A stretch of DNA of 64,000 nucleotides from a virus (taxonomy: Duplodnaviria > Heunggongvirae > Uroviricota > Caudoviricetes). The stretch spans positions 184,029 to 248,028 of IMG/VR virus record IMGVR_UViG_3300032007_000003, one strand, 5' to 3'. Of this stretch, positions 1-10,533 are shown in pieces. The translations under genes were made by a program, and so were the position numbers. Position 1 is the stretch's first letter. The number at the start of each line of letters is the position of its first letter. The notes under the pieces are model-generated. The model had not been told where the DNA came from, made no database searches, and saw only the letters and a program-made list of their open reading frames with translations.

Positions 1-44
1 GCATTAATGCTGAGAGACTAGCCGAACTTGGTGTTAACCTAGAT

Positions 45-3000
45 ATGACATATAACATGTCATACTCAAATGCAGGAAACGGAATACAAAATGGTCTTAT
101 AGATTCTGATGGTTTTATTACAAAGTATGAACTTGATGATATGAATAATCGTTCAATGTTTGCAACATTGAACCATGTAGGCTTTGTACCACAACCATAT
201 CTTGATGAAATAGGTGCTGAATATACTACACAAGTTGAGGATGAGAATACTACGTATCTTGTACCAAAGTTCAAATACATATTCCCAACTGATTTCGATG
301 GTAGAATGCAAGGTCCAATGAGCGAATATAAGGCTGATTTTGAACAAGCGATGTATGATGAACAAGATGAGGCTTACCTAACATTCAGATTCGGTGCTGA
401 AAACCCAAATAAGCTTGGAGAATATCATGGTAGAGTAAGACATTTCTATCATGCTAAACCTAGTGAATATCATATGCCATTATATAATAACTCATTCTAT
501 TTCTACTTTGGCATAAATAAGGGTAATACCGCAATCGATAAGTTCAATAACATGTTCTTGGCTGAATGTGTGCAGAATAACAAAGACCCATTTTCTCTTG
601 ATATTGAACCAAAGGGAAAATCATATTGTGCTTGCCCATATACACAAAACTTTAAAAAAGATGCTAATGCTTATATTAGGGTTATTCTAGATGATATACA
701 AACACCATTCTCATATTCTTTATATGACTCAGTTGGTAACGTGGTTGTGACTGAAGTTAAAATGACAGCTACGACATTTACCATTGGAGATATTAATGAT
801 GGAGGTAAGGTTAAATACCAATTGCCAAAGGATGATGATGGAAATCCAGAAACGCCAAAAGTTTATGAAGCTGTTGAGAATGATTATGGACTCAATGGTT
901 TAACAAACCAAATATATACTTTGACAGTTATTGATGATAATGGTAAGAAGATTTCTAGAAAAGTTGAATTAGATATGCCAAAGATGTCATTCACTTATGC
1001 GTCATATAAACTTGGCACTAAATTTTATAATACTAAGGCTTCTAGAATGAGTCACATCTGTGATGAGGAAAGTGACTTATATGGTAGAATCGTATTGAAT
1101 GATTTCTCTGTGGACGGAATGACTTGCGATTTAGATTTTGACATTCCAGATGAAGTAAGTGGTGTAACTTCTTTCATTCCTTATCCTTACCCACCTGTTT
1201 ATAATGAAAGTGAGGACGAATTTGTAATGGTTGTTCCATTAAAGGTTGATATAACAGTGGAAGGACAAGAAGAAAAGGTTACTAAGTTTAAAACAGATGA
1301 TAATATAAGTTCTGGAGGATGTTATGTATATCTAACCATAAAGTCCATGCAATCTGAACATGTTGGAAATGTAAAAAATTGTTTCTGTGATGGTGTACCA
1401 CCTAGAATAAAAGCGTTTAAAAAAAGTGACATAAAGTATATACAAATTGACGTATATCAGCCGAAGAGGTATGTTATATCAATGTATCAAGTGTGTGATG
1501 GAAAAGTTATATCAGACAACTCTCATTCTGAAATAATTAGAGTATTCAATGGTGAAAACTTTAATACATTCTTGAATGAAATGCCAACAAAGTTTATGCT
1601 TGGTACAAATAATGATGATAAGGATGCAACTATATCAAATAGAAGTTATTTTTACAGTAGTGAATTGATTGAAAATGCTACTGATAGGCACATATGCGGT
1701 TGGTTTGGTGTTCACCAAGAGGATTCATATCAGTTCTCTAGGTCAGAATTACAGACTCGTGCTGAAAACAAGATTATATGGGATGATTTTATTAACTTCA
1801 AAGGTGGGGATATAACAACACCTTACTCAAAATCATTAATACTTGCATTTAAGTTTAGAAGAATGTTCAGTTTATCAGATGCTGTGTATTCGTCTTATGA
1901 GTTTGTATTCCGTGCTGTTGGTGGCGTACAACCAACATTGTACAGAAGCGTTATACCAACATATGATGATTTGCAGAAGGCAAGTTATCTATGCAGATTG
2001 GATGACGTTAATACAGCTAGTGTTCCAAAGGAATACCCGCAGATTATTGGATATAACTACTATCGTGATAGTAGATGCCATACTGCTCCAGAACTTAACC
2101 ACCCATTGCTTAATCTACATGACGATGACCATGAATGTTATGGACAGTATGGTTTTTATGCAGACACAGCAGTTGGGAATTATTTTGCAGCGTTTAGTAA
2201 CAATGGCGGCTATAAGAATAGGAAGGAACTTGACCTTGGAATGCTAGCATTAAGAAGTCCTAGTTTTGCATCCGTCAGCCCTATTGGTAGTAATGGTGGG
2301 GGAAATTCTAGACCAAAAGAAATGGGTAAAAAAGTTGAAAACACTATTGGTGAGTTTAGTTTGGTTTTTATGAAGGGTTGGCAAGGTTTGAATGGAGATA
2401 AACAAAGAACCACTCAACCATATCTTAGGGCAATGACAGTAGATAGAAGATTGGATTATGACTTAGTATTCTTAGGACCAGTTGTTGGTTCTAGCTTCAG
2501 TTTATATGAAAATCCTACTATAAGTGGTACTACTTATGATAAGGATAGAACTTGGAAGGGAGCACGCATATGTGGTACTATATATGGTGGTATTGAGATG
2601 TCCTACGATTCCAATTATAATATTATAAGTGCTGATACAGTTTATAATGAAGAATCTGGTGATGTTATAAGTGCATCTGCTAATACATTGTTAGAGTATA
2701 GTTATGTAATGCCAGAAGGAAACCAAGACGTTTATACTATATATAACTATGCCAATGTTTCCGATGTAATTTGGGAAAGAGATATAGATAGTGCATCTAC
2801 CTCTAATATTGGCACAATAAATAAACGACTATATGAGGCAGAATTGTGCGGTGTTGACATAAGAGATTATTTCTGGTCAAGCTTTAATCGTAATAGACTT
2901 TGTAGATATATCGATAATGAACAAAATATTGGATTAGAGGCACTGAGAACATCTCCAAATCCATATATATTTAGATATCCATATGAGCAAGTAAATTCTT

Positions 3001-4469
3001 ATAATGGAGACTTCAATAGGGAAAATGCAATAAGGGCAAATAATTATCCAACAAAGAGATTTATTGATGTATGTAATATACTACCAATGAATTATTATGA
3101 TTTTATATTAACATCGTGTTCTTATGGAAATTCTCAAGTAACAATAAATGAGGATGGAACAATCACCAATGAGATTAGAGGTGATGAATCCATAAATCTT
3201 GATTTGGGCTTTGATAGGGTTGCCGAGTTCCAATCACCATCAAGTGAGAACAAGAATCTAGGAAATGTTGAGTATGTAATTAATGGTAGCTCTGATGGAT
3301 ATCATGTATTCATAGCAAACACAGCAAATATTGCGTTTACCCTAAGCACGAAAAGTGCAGATGGTTTTAATATATACACAGCAACACCTAAATTAATTAG
3401 AGTGTTACCTTATACGCAAACTAGCAAAGGAGATTTGGATGGTATTACATACATTAAGTCAACAAGTCCAAATGGTGAAATTTCCACTAATAAAACATTT
3501 GTGGATGCGATATCAAATGTTACATTTTATTCTTTTGGCGGTAATGCTAGTTTTCTAATATTCTCTAACCATTCTGGAGATGTTATAGTACCAGAAGGAT
3601 ATCAATTTAGAATTATCAATGTTGATAATCCAATAGAACTATTTTCGCAAGATGCTAGAGCTTACTTATATGACACAACTGAAAACCGTTTAGTGACATC
3701 TGATGAACCAGTGTTTGGAAATGTAGTTTATACGAAGTCGCTTAATTCTGATGAATTTAGGAGTATTAAGGCGTTTTCAGTAATGACTGAAAGCCATTAC
3801 AAAAACGCTTCTAACGAGAACCTAATTCATAAGATTAAAACTTATGAATTCAGTGAAATTATTGATACTAGAAATGTTTTACTTAAGTTTACGAACATAG
3901 GACTTAGCGGTGAAGTTGTGAGTTATGTAGAATTAAGAAATTTGGATACTGAAGTTGAAATTGAAGAAGAAATTGAGGAACTTGTACCTGAAGAAATTGT
4001 GACTGAGGAAACTGAAGAAGGAAGTGGAACATCTAAGATGTATATACAAGGCCTTGCATTTGAAATGTGTATAAAAACAACTGGAGACCCAAGTTTTGAT
4101 GTGTCTAACCAAGTATTTGCTAGTTTCAGCATGATGTCGTTCTCATTCATGTTCAGAAGAGATGGACAAGAAGATGAAAACTTTGTGTCATGTAATGACG
4201 TTAGTGTTTTAAGCGAACTTGATGAACAAGGTTATCCATTAGACGGTAAACTTAAGCTTTTGTTTAAGATGCGCTGGCCACAAGACATGGGCACTATGTG
4301 TGATGATTCTAATCCTAGTGGAAGATGGAAGTGTTATATGTTAGCAAGAACAAGTTCTGGTTTCTCTTATAAATTTGGAGAATTTACATTACAAGCACAG
4401 CCACAGTCAATGCCTACTACACCAGGTGTCGAAGGACGTATAATAACAAATGTACAGATGATGAATTGA
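45..4469 (+). CDS. Very large putative virion structural (tail/baseplate) protein, 5'-truncated by the window
   Basis: 1474-aa ORF. The frame stays open upstream to base 3 (INAERLAELGVNLDM), so the true start lies before the window. First of a tightly overlapping run of giant AT-rich ORFs. Confidence 0.6.
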   Translation: MTYNMSYSNAGNGIQNGLIDSDGFITKYELDDMNNRSMFATLNHVGFVPQPYLDEIGAEYTTQVEDENTTYLVPKFKYIFPTDFDGRMQGPMSEYKADFEQAMYDEQDEAYLTFRFGAENPNKLGEYHGRVRHFYHAKPSEYHMPLYNNSFYFYFGINKGNTAIDKFNNMFLAECVQNNKDPFSLDIEPKGKSYCACPYTQNFKKDANAYIRVILDDIQTPFSYSLYDSVGNVVVTEVKMTATTFTIGDINDGGKVKYQLPKDDDGNPETPKVYEAVENDYGLNGLTNQIYTLTVIDDNGKKISRKVELDMPKMSFTYASYKLGTKFYNTKASRMSHICDEESDLYGRIVLNDFSVDGMTCDLDFDIPDEVSGVTSFIPYPYPPVYNESEDEFVMVVPLKVDITVEGQEEKVTKFKTDDNISSGGCYVYLTIKSMQSEHVGNVKNCFCDGVPPRIKAFKKSDIKYIQIDVYQPKRYVISMYQVCDGKVISDNSHSEIIRVFNGENFNTFLNEMPTKFMLGTNNDDKDATISNRSYFYSSELIENATDRHICGWFGVHQEDSYQFSRSELQTRAENKIIWDDFINFKGGDITTPYSKSLILAFKFRRMFSLSDAVYSSYEFVFRAVGGVQPTLYRSVIPTYDDLQKASYLCRLDDVNTASVPKEYPQIIGYNYYRDSRCHTAPELNHPLLNLHDDDHECYGQYGFYADTAVGNYFAAFSNNGGYKNRKELDLGMLALRSPSFASVSPIGSNGGGNSRPKEMGKKVENTIGEFSLVFMKGWQGLNGDKQRTTQPYLRAMTVDRRLDYDLVFLGPVVGSSFSLYENPTISGTTYDKDRTWKGARICGTIYGGIEMSYDSNYNIISADTVYNEESGDVISASANTLLEYSYVMPEGNQDVYTIYNYANVSDVIWERDIDSASTSNIGTINKRLYEAELCGVDIRDYFWSSFNRNRLCRYIDNEQNIGLEALRTSPNPYIFRYPYEQVNSYNGDFNRENAIRANNYPTKRFIDVCNILPMNYYDFILTSCSYGNSQVTINEDGTITNEIRGDESINLDLGFDRVAEFQSPSSENKNLGNVEYVINGSSDGYHVFIANTANIAFTLSTKSADGFNIYTATPKLIRVLPYTQTSKGDLDGITYIKSTSPNGEISTNKTFVDAISNVTFYSFGGNASFLIFSNHSGDVIVPEGYQFRIINVDNPIELFSQDARAYLYDTTENRLVTSDEPVFGNVVYTKSLNSDEFRSIKAFSVMTESHYKNASNENLIHKIKTYEFSEIIDTRNVLLKFTNIGLSGEVVSYVELRNLDTEVEIEEEIEELVPEEIVTEETEEGSGTSKMYIQGLAFEMCIKTTGDPSFDVSNQVFASFSMMSFSFMFRRDGQEDENFVSCNDVSVLSELDEQGYPLDGKLKLLFKMRWPQDMGTMCDDSNPSGRWKCYMLARTSSGFSYKFGEFTLQAQPQSMPTTPGVEGRIITNVQMMN

Positions 4470-7400
4470 TGGATATAAACATTTTTCTTAATGAGTTTGG
4501 TAGTAAAAACTCAGTTAGTGATACAAGTGGATTGAACGTATCTTTGGGTGGTAAAAGAAAACTTATACCATCCACAGATACCTCATACGTCATAAGTGCA
4601 TATGAGCAATATGAGAAAGAAAGGGGGGCATGTAATGTTGTAAGACTTACGTGTCAAGTCAATCCTATTTGTTCTAACGTACTTTTTAACCGTATAACTG
4701 AAATAGTTAAGAATGAGGGTAGTAGTGCTGTTACAATGATTAACTATGGTTTTAGTGGTAGTGAATTCAGTGCTTGTACAAAGGATGGCGATGATGAGAG
4801 ATATGTCCCATGCATATTTGACGGTGTTAAATATAAAGAACAAAGTATTGAATTTTGGAGTGGGAACACAGCATTATATCAGAGTGTTGATAGTAATGTG
4901 TCAACATTGTCCCATGCAACCACACTTACAACAGCAATTTCAATGTCAAGTGAATTCTATGATAATTGTCAATGTTTTGATGAGGTTGAAAGCAAACACC
5001 CAACGAATGCAATAAGAGATATGCAATTATCAAAAGCAGACTCTAGTGGCGATTCATTTGTATATCACTGCGGATTGGACATATTTAATAATCACTTAAT
5101 AAGAAGTAAAACGTTTAAACCAGTTAATAAATTTCCTTATGTTGTGTTCAATAGTAAATGTGAAGCATCACAAACTGTCTCTAATACTCCATACGGAGCA
5201 TTTAATACTATTGCTGATGTAATGAGGGATGTGAACGGAAATAAGGTGGTTGAAAAGATGTATTTTCCAATCTCTGCTCAAATTGATGGTAATACTAAAA
5301 TAATAGCAAGGCATCTATATGAATATGATGATGTATATACTTTTGAAGATGCTGTTAAGGAGAGGCTTCGTGATAAGTATAATGGTTGGCTTGGTTTTGT
5401 AAACACCTCAAAGATTAAATCATATGACGATTTCAACTCAAATGAAACATTGGGTCTTGAAAGACCACTAATGTATATGAATGGTGGTGACTTTGTTGAT
5501 ATGTATCCTTCTAGGGATTTATATTCTTTTGTTCCTAAATGGAATGAGGCAAGACAAAGAATTGAGAAAAATTGGAACTATTGTATAACATATCCTAGTT
5601 CTTCGACTACTGATGGTTTTGAAGATATTATAGAAACAAATAATGGTTTGAACGCATTAAAGGCAATGTATTTCGATGAGAATACAATTGCTGATAATGG
5701 TGCTAGTCAAGTCGTAATATATGGTATTTCAAAACACGGTCTTTCAGTGGGTGATTATGTTAATATATATAGAACCTATACTGATGAAAGTGGCAATACA
5801 ATAAACGAAAGAATAATTGAAGAGGCTGAAGTTAACAATGTTGCAGATGATTATATCTTTACTGTATTTGGGTCAACAACAAAAATTAGTAATTCATGGG
5901 TACAAGTTACTCAAGAGGATTTAGTGTCAAACCATATTACACTAGATGGAGAAACATACACATTAGGACAAGATAAACATAATTATTTTTATAAACTAGG
6001 AACAGATGGAGAAATTCATAAATACTATATTGTAAATGCGCATAGAGATAGTAATGGTTATATAAATTTTGATGAAAAATCTCAACATATTTCATATAAG
6101 AAAGTTTCATATGGAATAGAATGTGATTATTATGTAAGGATATTTTCAAGATTACCAAACTTTAGGTTTGCTAGTGGGACAACAACTGAATATGACCTTT
6201 ACAATAAGAATAGTAATATGATTGAAATATATCAAAACCCAAAATATGATTTTGAGAGTCAAGTGTCTAGATTGGCATTTGCAAAGAATATATATTCTGA
6301 TGAAGCTGGTGAAATAGTCTTTATGGATAATATTGACATATCTAGTATAAAGGATAACTTAGGAAGACCTTTAACGTCATTATATTTGACAATAATCAAA
6401 AATAACAGAGGTTATAAGGAGTGGTATGGATTTGCAAACGAACCATCAAGATGGACTCCTAGTGAAGTAGCTAATGAAAGGGTCGAATTTTCTCATTGTT
6501 TCGGAAAAATAACTTGTGGCTTTGATTTATCTGATGAATCTGTTGATGAAACTAGTATAAGAAATATAAAATCTATAAATAATCACGGTGTAAATGGTGG
6601 TTATAACTGTAGTTCTATAAATGAAGAAAGAAGTTATGATATGCCATTAGGGGGGATGTATGGAATAGACGAAGATGAAATATGGTTCTATAGCGACACC
6701 CACTTCTATGGCGATTTATCATACTATGATAGTTTTAATGCCATAGAGAGACATATACAACCAATATTGCATAGATTCAATACCGCCCAAAGAGAATCTG
6801 ATAGAGCAGTTTCAAATGAATATTTCAAATCCTATGTCTATGATGAAATCTATAATGATGACTATGATAAAAACGATAGGTATGTAATTAAAAGTACGGT
6901 TGTAGATAATGCCAATAGTAAAAATGAAGGCTATTATTATTCACCACATTACGAAATACCTATAAAAACGTTTAGTACATTGAATTCAATAATGCCAACA
7001 TTCTTAACTATGAGGTCGTTAATTAATGCCTCTAACGGTACTAGAATTACTTGTTTGCAAAACCACTTCTTAGGTATTGGTGATAAAGCTATGATATATA
7101 ATACAGAAACAGATGAATATTTTTATTGTATAACAACAAGTGTAATTAATGAAAAGGTATTTGTGTGTGATATATATAATGAGAAAATGAATAAATGTGA
7201 TATAATTCCAGATTTATTCTCATCTGACATAGAAAATATGAGAAAATATAAACTATTTAAGTTAGATAATTTGGATATACCATCTTATGCACATGTAATT
7301 AAGGATGGAACTTGTAGGCTTATATGGAGAGACGTTATTAATAATGGAATGAATTCTTCTGATAAATCAATTGAGATATATCCATTTACAAACGGGGCTT

Positions 7401-7549
7401 TTTATATCAATAAACAAATTAATCTTTATGTAAGAAGGCAAGACCCATTTGGCATTTATGGTTTATATTCTAAAGATGATATTATTGGAAACGAGATGGA
7501 GATTGAGAAGGAAAATAATTATGTTAAAGACAAAGAAATAAAATGTTAA
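4466..7549 (+). CDS. Large putative virion structural (baseplate/tail) protein
   Basis: 1027 aa; start overlaps the upstream stop; D/N/Y/T-rich, no enzymatic motif; structural operon context. Confidence 0.55.
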   Translation: MMDINIFLNEFGSKNSVSDTSGLNVSLGGKRKLIPSTDTSYVISAYEQYEKERGACNVVRLTCQVNPICSNVLFNRITEIVKNEGSSAVTMINYGFSGSEFSACTKDGDDERYVPCIFDGVKYKEQSIEFWSGNTALYQSVDSNVSTLSHATTLTTAISMSSEFYDNCQCFDEVESKHPTNAIRDMQLSKADSSGDSFVYHCGLDIFNNHLIRSKTFKPVNKFPYVVFNSKCEASQTVSNTPYGAFNTIADVMRDVNGNKVVEKMYFPISAQIDGNTKIIARHLYEYDDVYTFEDAVKERLRDKYNGWLGFVNTSKIKSYDDFNSNETLGLERPLMYMNGGDFVDMYPSRDLYSFVPKWNEARQRIEKNWNYCITYPSSSTTDGFEDIIETNNGLNALKAMYFDENTIADNGASQVVIYGISKHGLSVGDYVNIYRTYTDESGNTINERIIEEAEVNNVADDYIFTVFGSTTKISNSWVQVTQEDLVSNHITLDGETYTLGQDKHNYFYKLGTDGEIHKYYIVNAHRDSNGYINFDEKSQHISYKKVSYGIECDYYVRIFSRLPNFRFASGTTTEYDLYNKNSNMIEIYQNPKYDFESQVSRLAFAKNIYSDEAGEIVFMDNIDISSIKDNLGRPLTSLYLTIIKNNRGYKEWYGFANEPSRWTPSEVANERVEFSHCFGKITCGFDLSDESVDETSIRNIKSINNHGVNGGYNCSSINEERSYDMPLGGMYGIDEDEIWFYSDTHFYGDLSYYDSFNAIERHIQPILHRFNTAQRESDRAVSNEYFKSYVYDEIYNDDYDKNDRYVIKSTVVDNANSKNEGYYYSPHYEIPIKTFSTLNSIMPTFLTMRSLINASNGTRITCLQNHFLGIGDKAMIYNTETDEYFYCITTSVINEKVFVCDIYNEKMNKCDIIPDLFSSDIENMRKYKLFKLDNLDIPSYAHVIKDGTCRLIWRDVINNGMNSSDKSIEIYPFTNGAFYINKQINLYVRRQDPFGIYGLYSKDDIIGNEMEIEKENNYVKDKEIKC

Positions 7550-10533
7550 AATACAGTGTTAGACTTACTGAAAACGATTTCAAAGGCAATAACATAGTTT
7601 GGAGAGAAAAATATGTAGCACCAGATTTATCGTTTATTTCTGGTGTTACAAACTCATCATACCATCTTGAAAAATATAATACCATTTCAGTTAAAAGCCC
7701 ATTGACTAATAATAATTCAGTTCTAAGACTTGAAACTGAGGTCGTTACTAGGACTGGTTATGTAATTGCAATTGGTAAAAAATATCCAATAGAAACGTTT
7801 AATGGAATCAGTTATGTTTGTATAAACGATAGATTTTTTTATAAGAATAATGATAAGTTTACCATTAAAGATTGGCAATGCGAGAAATACATCGAGAAAA
7901 GTGGGAAATATATACCAACTATCGTTGAACGAGATATTGAAGTTACCCCTATTAATGGTTATATTAAGTTGGATACTGTTTATTGGATTGAAGATGGTTT
8001 TGTTACCATAGATGGTACTAAATATATTTTTGACAAAAACGAACAAAACCCAAATGGAAGTATCGGATGTATTAAATTCACAGATAATGGTAGGTCAATT
8101 GATAAACCAACAAATTGTGACAGCATGTATTTCATGCCTTATGATGATTATTCTTTAGTGCATGATGTGTGCAAATTCAAAGGATATTCTTTTACATCAA
8201 TACAACATAAGGTAAATGACCTTAAGTTTTGTGAATATTTCTTTTATATCAAATATCTTAACAATTTTTGTCCTATAATACAAAGTGGAAATACATTTGT
8301 CTGTCAAGTTCCTTATAATGGTAATGTTAGCAATGTTAGAAATTATACAGTATCAGCAAATACTGACGATGATACTAGCGCATTTGTTGTAACGATAGGT
8401 AATGATGTTAAAGATATTAATGATTTACGTAAGTTTAGATGTTTTATTGCAATAGATGGAACAGAATATACAGCTAATTATGACTATAGAGAAACTAGTT
8501 CATCAAGATTTATAATGGCAATGCTTGAAAATCAAGGTGCTACAATTGGCATTGGTAATGAAGTGACATTTGTCAATGCTTCAAATGATGATGCTTGTTA
8601 TATAAATGTTGAAAGTGGAACTGTATTCTATAATGGCGTAAAATATTATGTAGAGGATAAACTATTTGATAAAGCATTAATAGATGGCAATGAATATGAT
8701 GTAACATATGATAAATTAGATAGTTCAATTGCATATGTAGATATTGAAGGTGAACAAGTTCCAATGAGTAAAAGTGGAAACAGACTAACAAGATATGGAT
8801 TGGTAATAAAAAGTGATGGAGTTGTAGCGAATGAATCATATGATATTGTATCTTATTCTGGTGTATTCATTGAAGGGAAAAAATATATTGTAAAAGATGG
8901 ACTAGCAAGACTTACATTGCCAAATAAGGTTAAATTCGTTGTTGATGATATAAAAGGAAGTTCTTTATTTGTGTTAAAACCTTTAATTAGCCCTAACGAT
9001 TATCCATCTGACTTTATTAAGAATAAAGAGATAGAACTATCCAATATGGTGGTTAACAATAAATCACAATATTCATTGGAAGCTAATAATGTTGTATTTG
9101 GTGCAAAATCTATATCTAAGGAATCTGTATTTTCAGATGTAAGTAACCCAATTACAAGTGACGATGCCTATAGAATATTTGATAACCTTGTAATTGAAGA
9201 TAAAAGTGGATATGTGAATATCCCATTAAATCTTAATAACGACACGTCTCTTAATCTTTTGCAAAGTGAAGTGGTTAAGAAAGATTTCTGTGAGAAGGAG
9301 AGAGATAAGAGAATCAATAGAATCGTTGATTTGGAAAAGGATGTCTATACCCCTAAGATAATGGTGAATAATAACTATAGTGGTTCAAGCACAATTTTTA
9401 AACCAATCCATACGATAAACATAAATTTACACTTCAGAACTAGAGACCTAATTAGTTGGAAAGTTAATGAAGATTATAATAATGTATCATACAGTGGTCT
9501 TTGTAACTGGTTTGTCACCGATTATGAACCATATAAGTCAATAATTAAGGCAATAAGTGAAATCAGTGATGACAAAAGTGATTTAAGGGAAAAGAAATAC
9601 ACAGAATTAATGGAGTATTCGGATTTATTAGGTTTTATGTATTTCGATAATAATGATGTGTTCTATCAGAAATCAAAGATATCAAAGTCTTTCTTAAGGT
9701 TAAACTTCTATGATTCAACTGACCCACAAAAACAATCATTGTTGGCAACATCAACAGTGTTTATGAACGAGAATTCACTTTATAAGAAATATATTGACAA
9801 TTCAAGAAAGGGCGTAAATAAATTTATAAACTTCTCTGATGATATTAATGAATGCCTAATAACCAATAAGATAAGAGTTAATAGTGAGAGGTTGGCAAAT
9901 AGTAAAGAAGTTAATAAAAAATCAAATTGCAATGATGACGAAGGTTTGGTGGAAGTAGATTACATCGATGCTGAAGGAAACCCACAAACTTATTGTATAT
10001 CAATTAAAGACGATGGAAAGAGATTAGACTCTAGATTTATAATCAACAACAAATATTCAACAGATACATCTTCCGAAGGATTTTATATCTATATGTTTAG
10101 GGAATATTCTGAAAATTTACACCCAAAACCTATTTATATGAAAGTTGAATTCAACCATGCTGGAATCGGTAAAACCATACCATTCATAGTTCCAATGAAA
10201 TGGAGTGGCGAAACAGATAGTACGGAGGTGTATCCAGAAAGGAAACTTACGTTATCTGCCAACACAGTGGTGGAAACTAATGAATCAGACCTAGATAAGC
10301 TAAAGGAAGGTATCCCATTGTCATGGGTATATGCACAGTCATATATACCATTATATGCTGTCTATGACTTTAAAAATAAGGAATACGTCTATGCTTTTGA
10401 CGATAGATATGTAAGTATAGATGATAAGGGGAATGTTACCTTGAATCTATTTGAAATTAAAATTATGAATGACACGGAACCAGATAGTAATTACGGAACA
10501 GCAGTAATAAATGTAAATCCAAAGTACAAATGA
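7543..10533 (+). CDS. Large putative virion structural protein
   Basis: 996 aa, beta-rich composition, overlaps both neighbours. Confidence 0.55.
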   Translation: MLKYSVRLTENDFKGNNIVWREKYVAPDLSFISGVTNSSYHLEKYNTISVKSPLTNNNSVLRLETEVVTRTGYVIAIGKKYPIETFNGISYVCINDRFFYKNNDKFTIKDWQCEKYIEKSGKYIPTIVERDIEVTPINGYIKLDTVYWIEDGFVTIDGTKYIFDKNEQNPNGSIGCIKFTDNGRSIDKPTNCDSMYFMPYDDYSLVHDVCKFKGYSFTSIQHKVNDLKFCEYFFYIKYLNNFCPIIQSGNTFVCQVPYNGNVSNVRNYTVSANTDDDTSAFVVTIGNDVKDINDLRKFRCFIAIDGTEYTANYDYRETSSSRFIMAMLENQGATIGIGNEVTFVNASNDDACYINVESGTVFYNGVKYYVEDKLFDKALIDGNEYDVTYDKLDSSIAYVDIEGEQVPMSKSGNRLTRYGLVIKSDGVVANESYDIVSYSGVFIEGKKYIVKDGLARLTLPNKVKFVVDDIKGSSLFVLKPLISPNDYPSDFIKNKEIELSNMVVNNKSQYSLEANNVVFGAKSISKESVFSDVSNPITSDDAYRIFDNLVIEDKSGYVNIPLNLNNDTSLNLLQSEVVKKDFCEKERDKRINRIVDLEKDVYTPKIMVNNNYSGSSTIFKPIHTININLHFRTRDLISWKVNEDYNNVSYSGLCNWFVTDYEPYKSIIKAISEISDDKSDLREKKYTELMEYSDLLGFMYFDNNDVFYQKSKISKSFLRLNFYDSTDPQKQSLLATSTVFMNENSLYKKYIDNSRKGVNKFINFSDDINECLITNKIRVNSERLANSKEVNKKSNCNDDEGLVEVDYIDAEGNPQTYCISIKDDGKRLDSRFIINNKYSTDTSSEGFYIYMFREYSENLHPKPIYMKVEFNHAGIGKTIPFIVPMKWSGETDSTEVYPERKLTLSANTVVETNESDLDKLKEGIPLSWVYAQSYIPLYAVYDFKNKEYVYAFDDRYVSIDDKGNVTLNLFEIKIMNDTEPDSNYGTAVINVNPKYK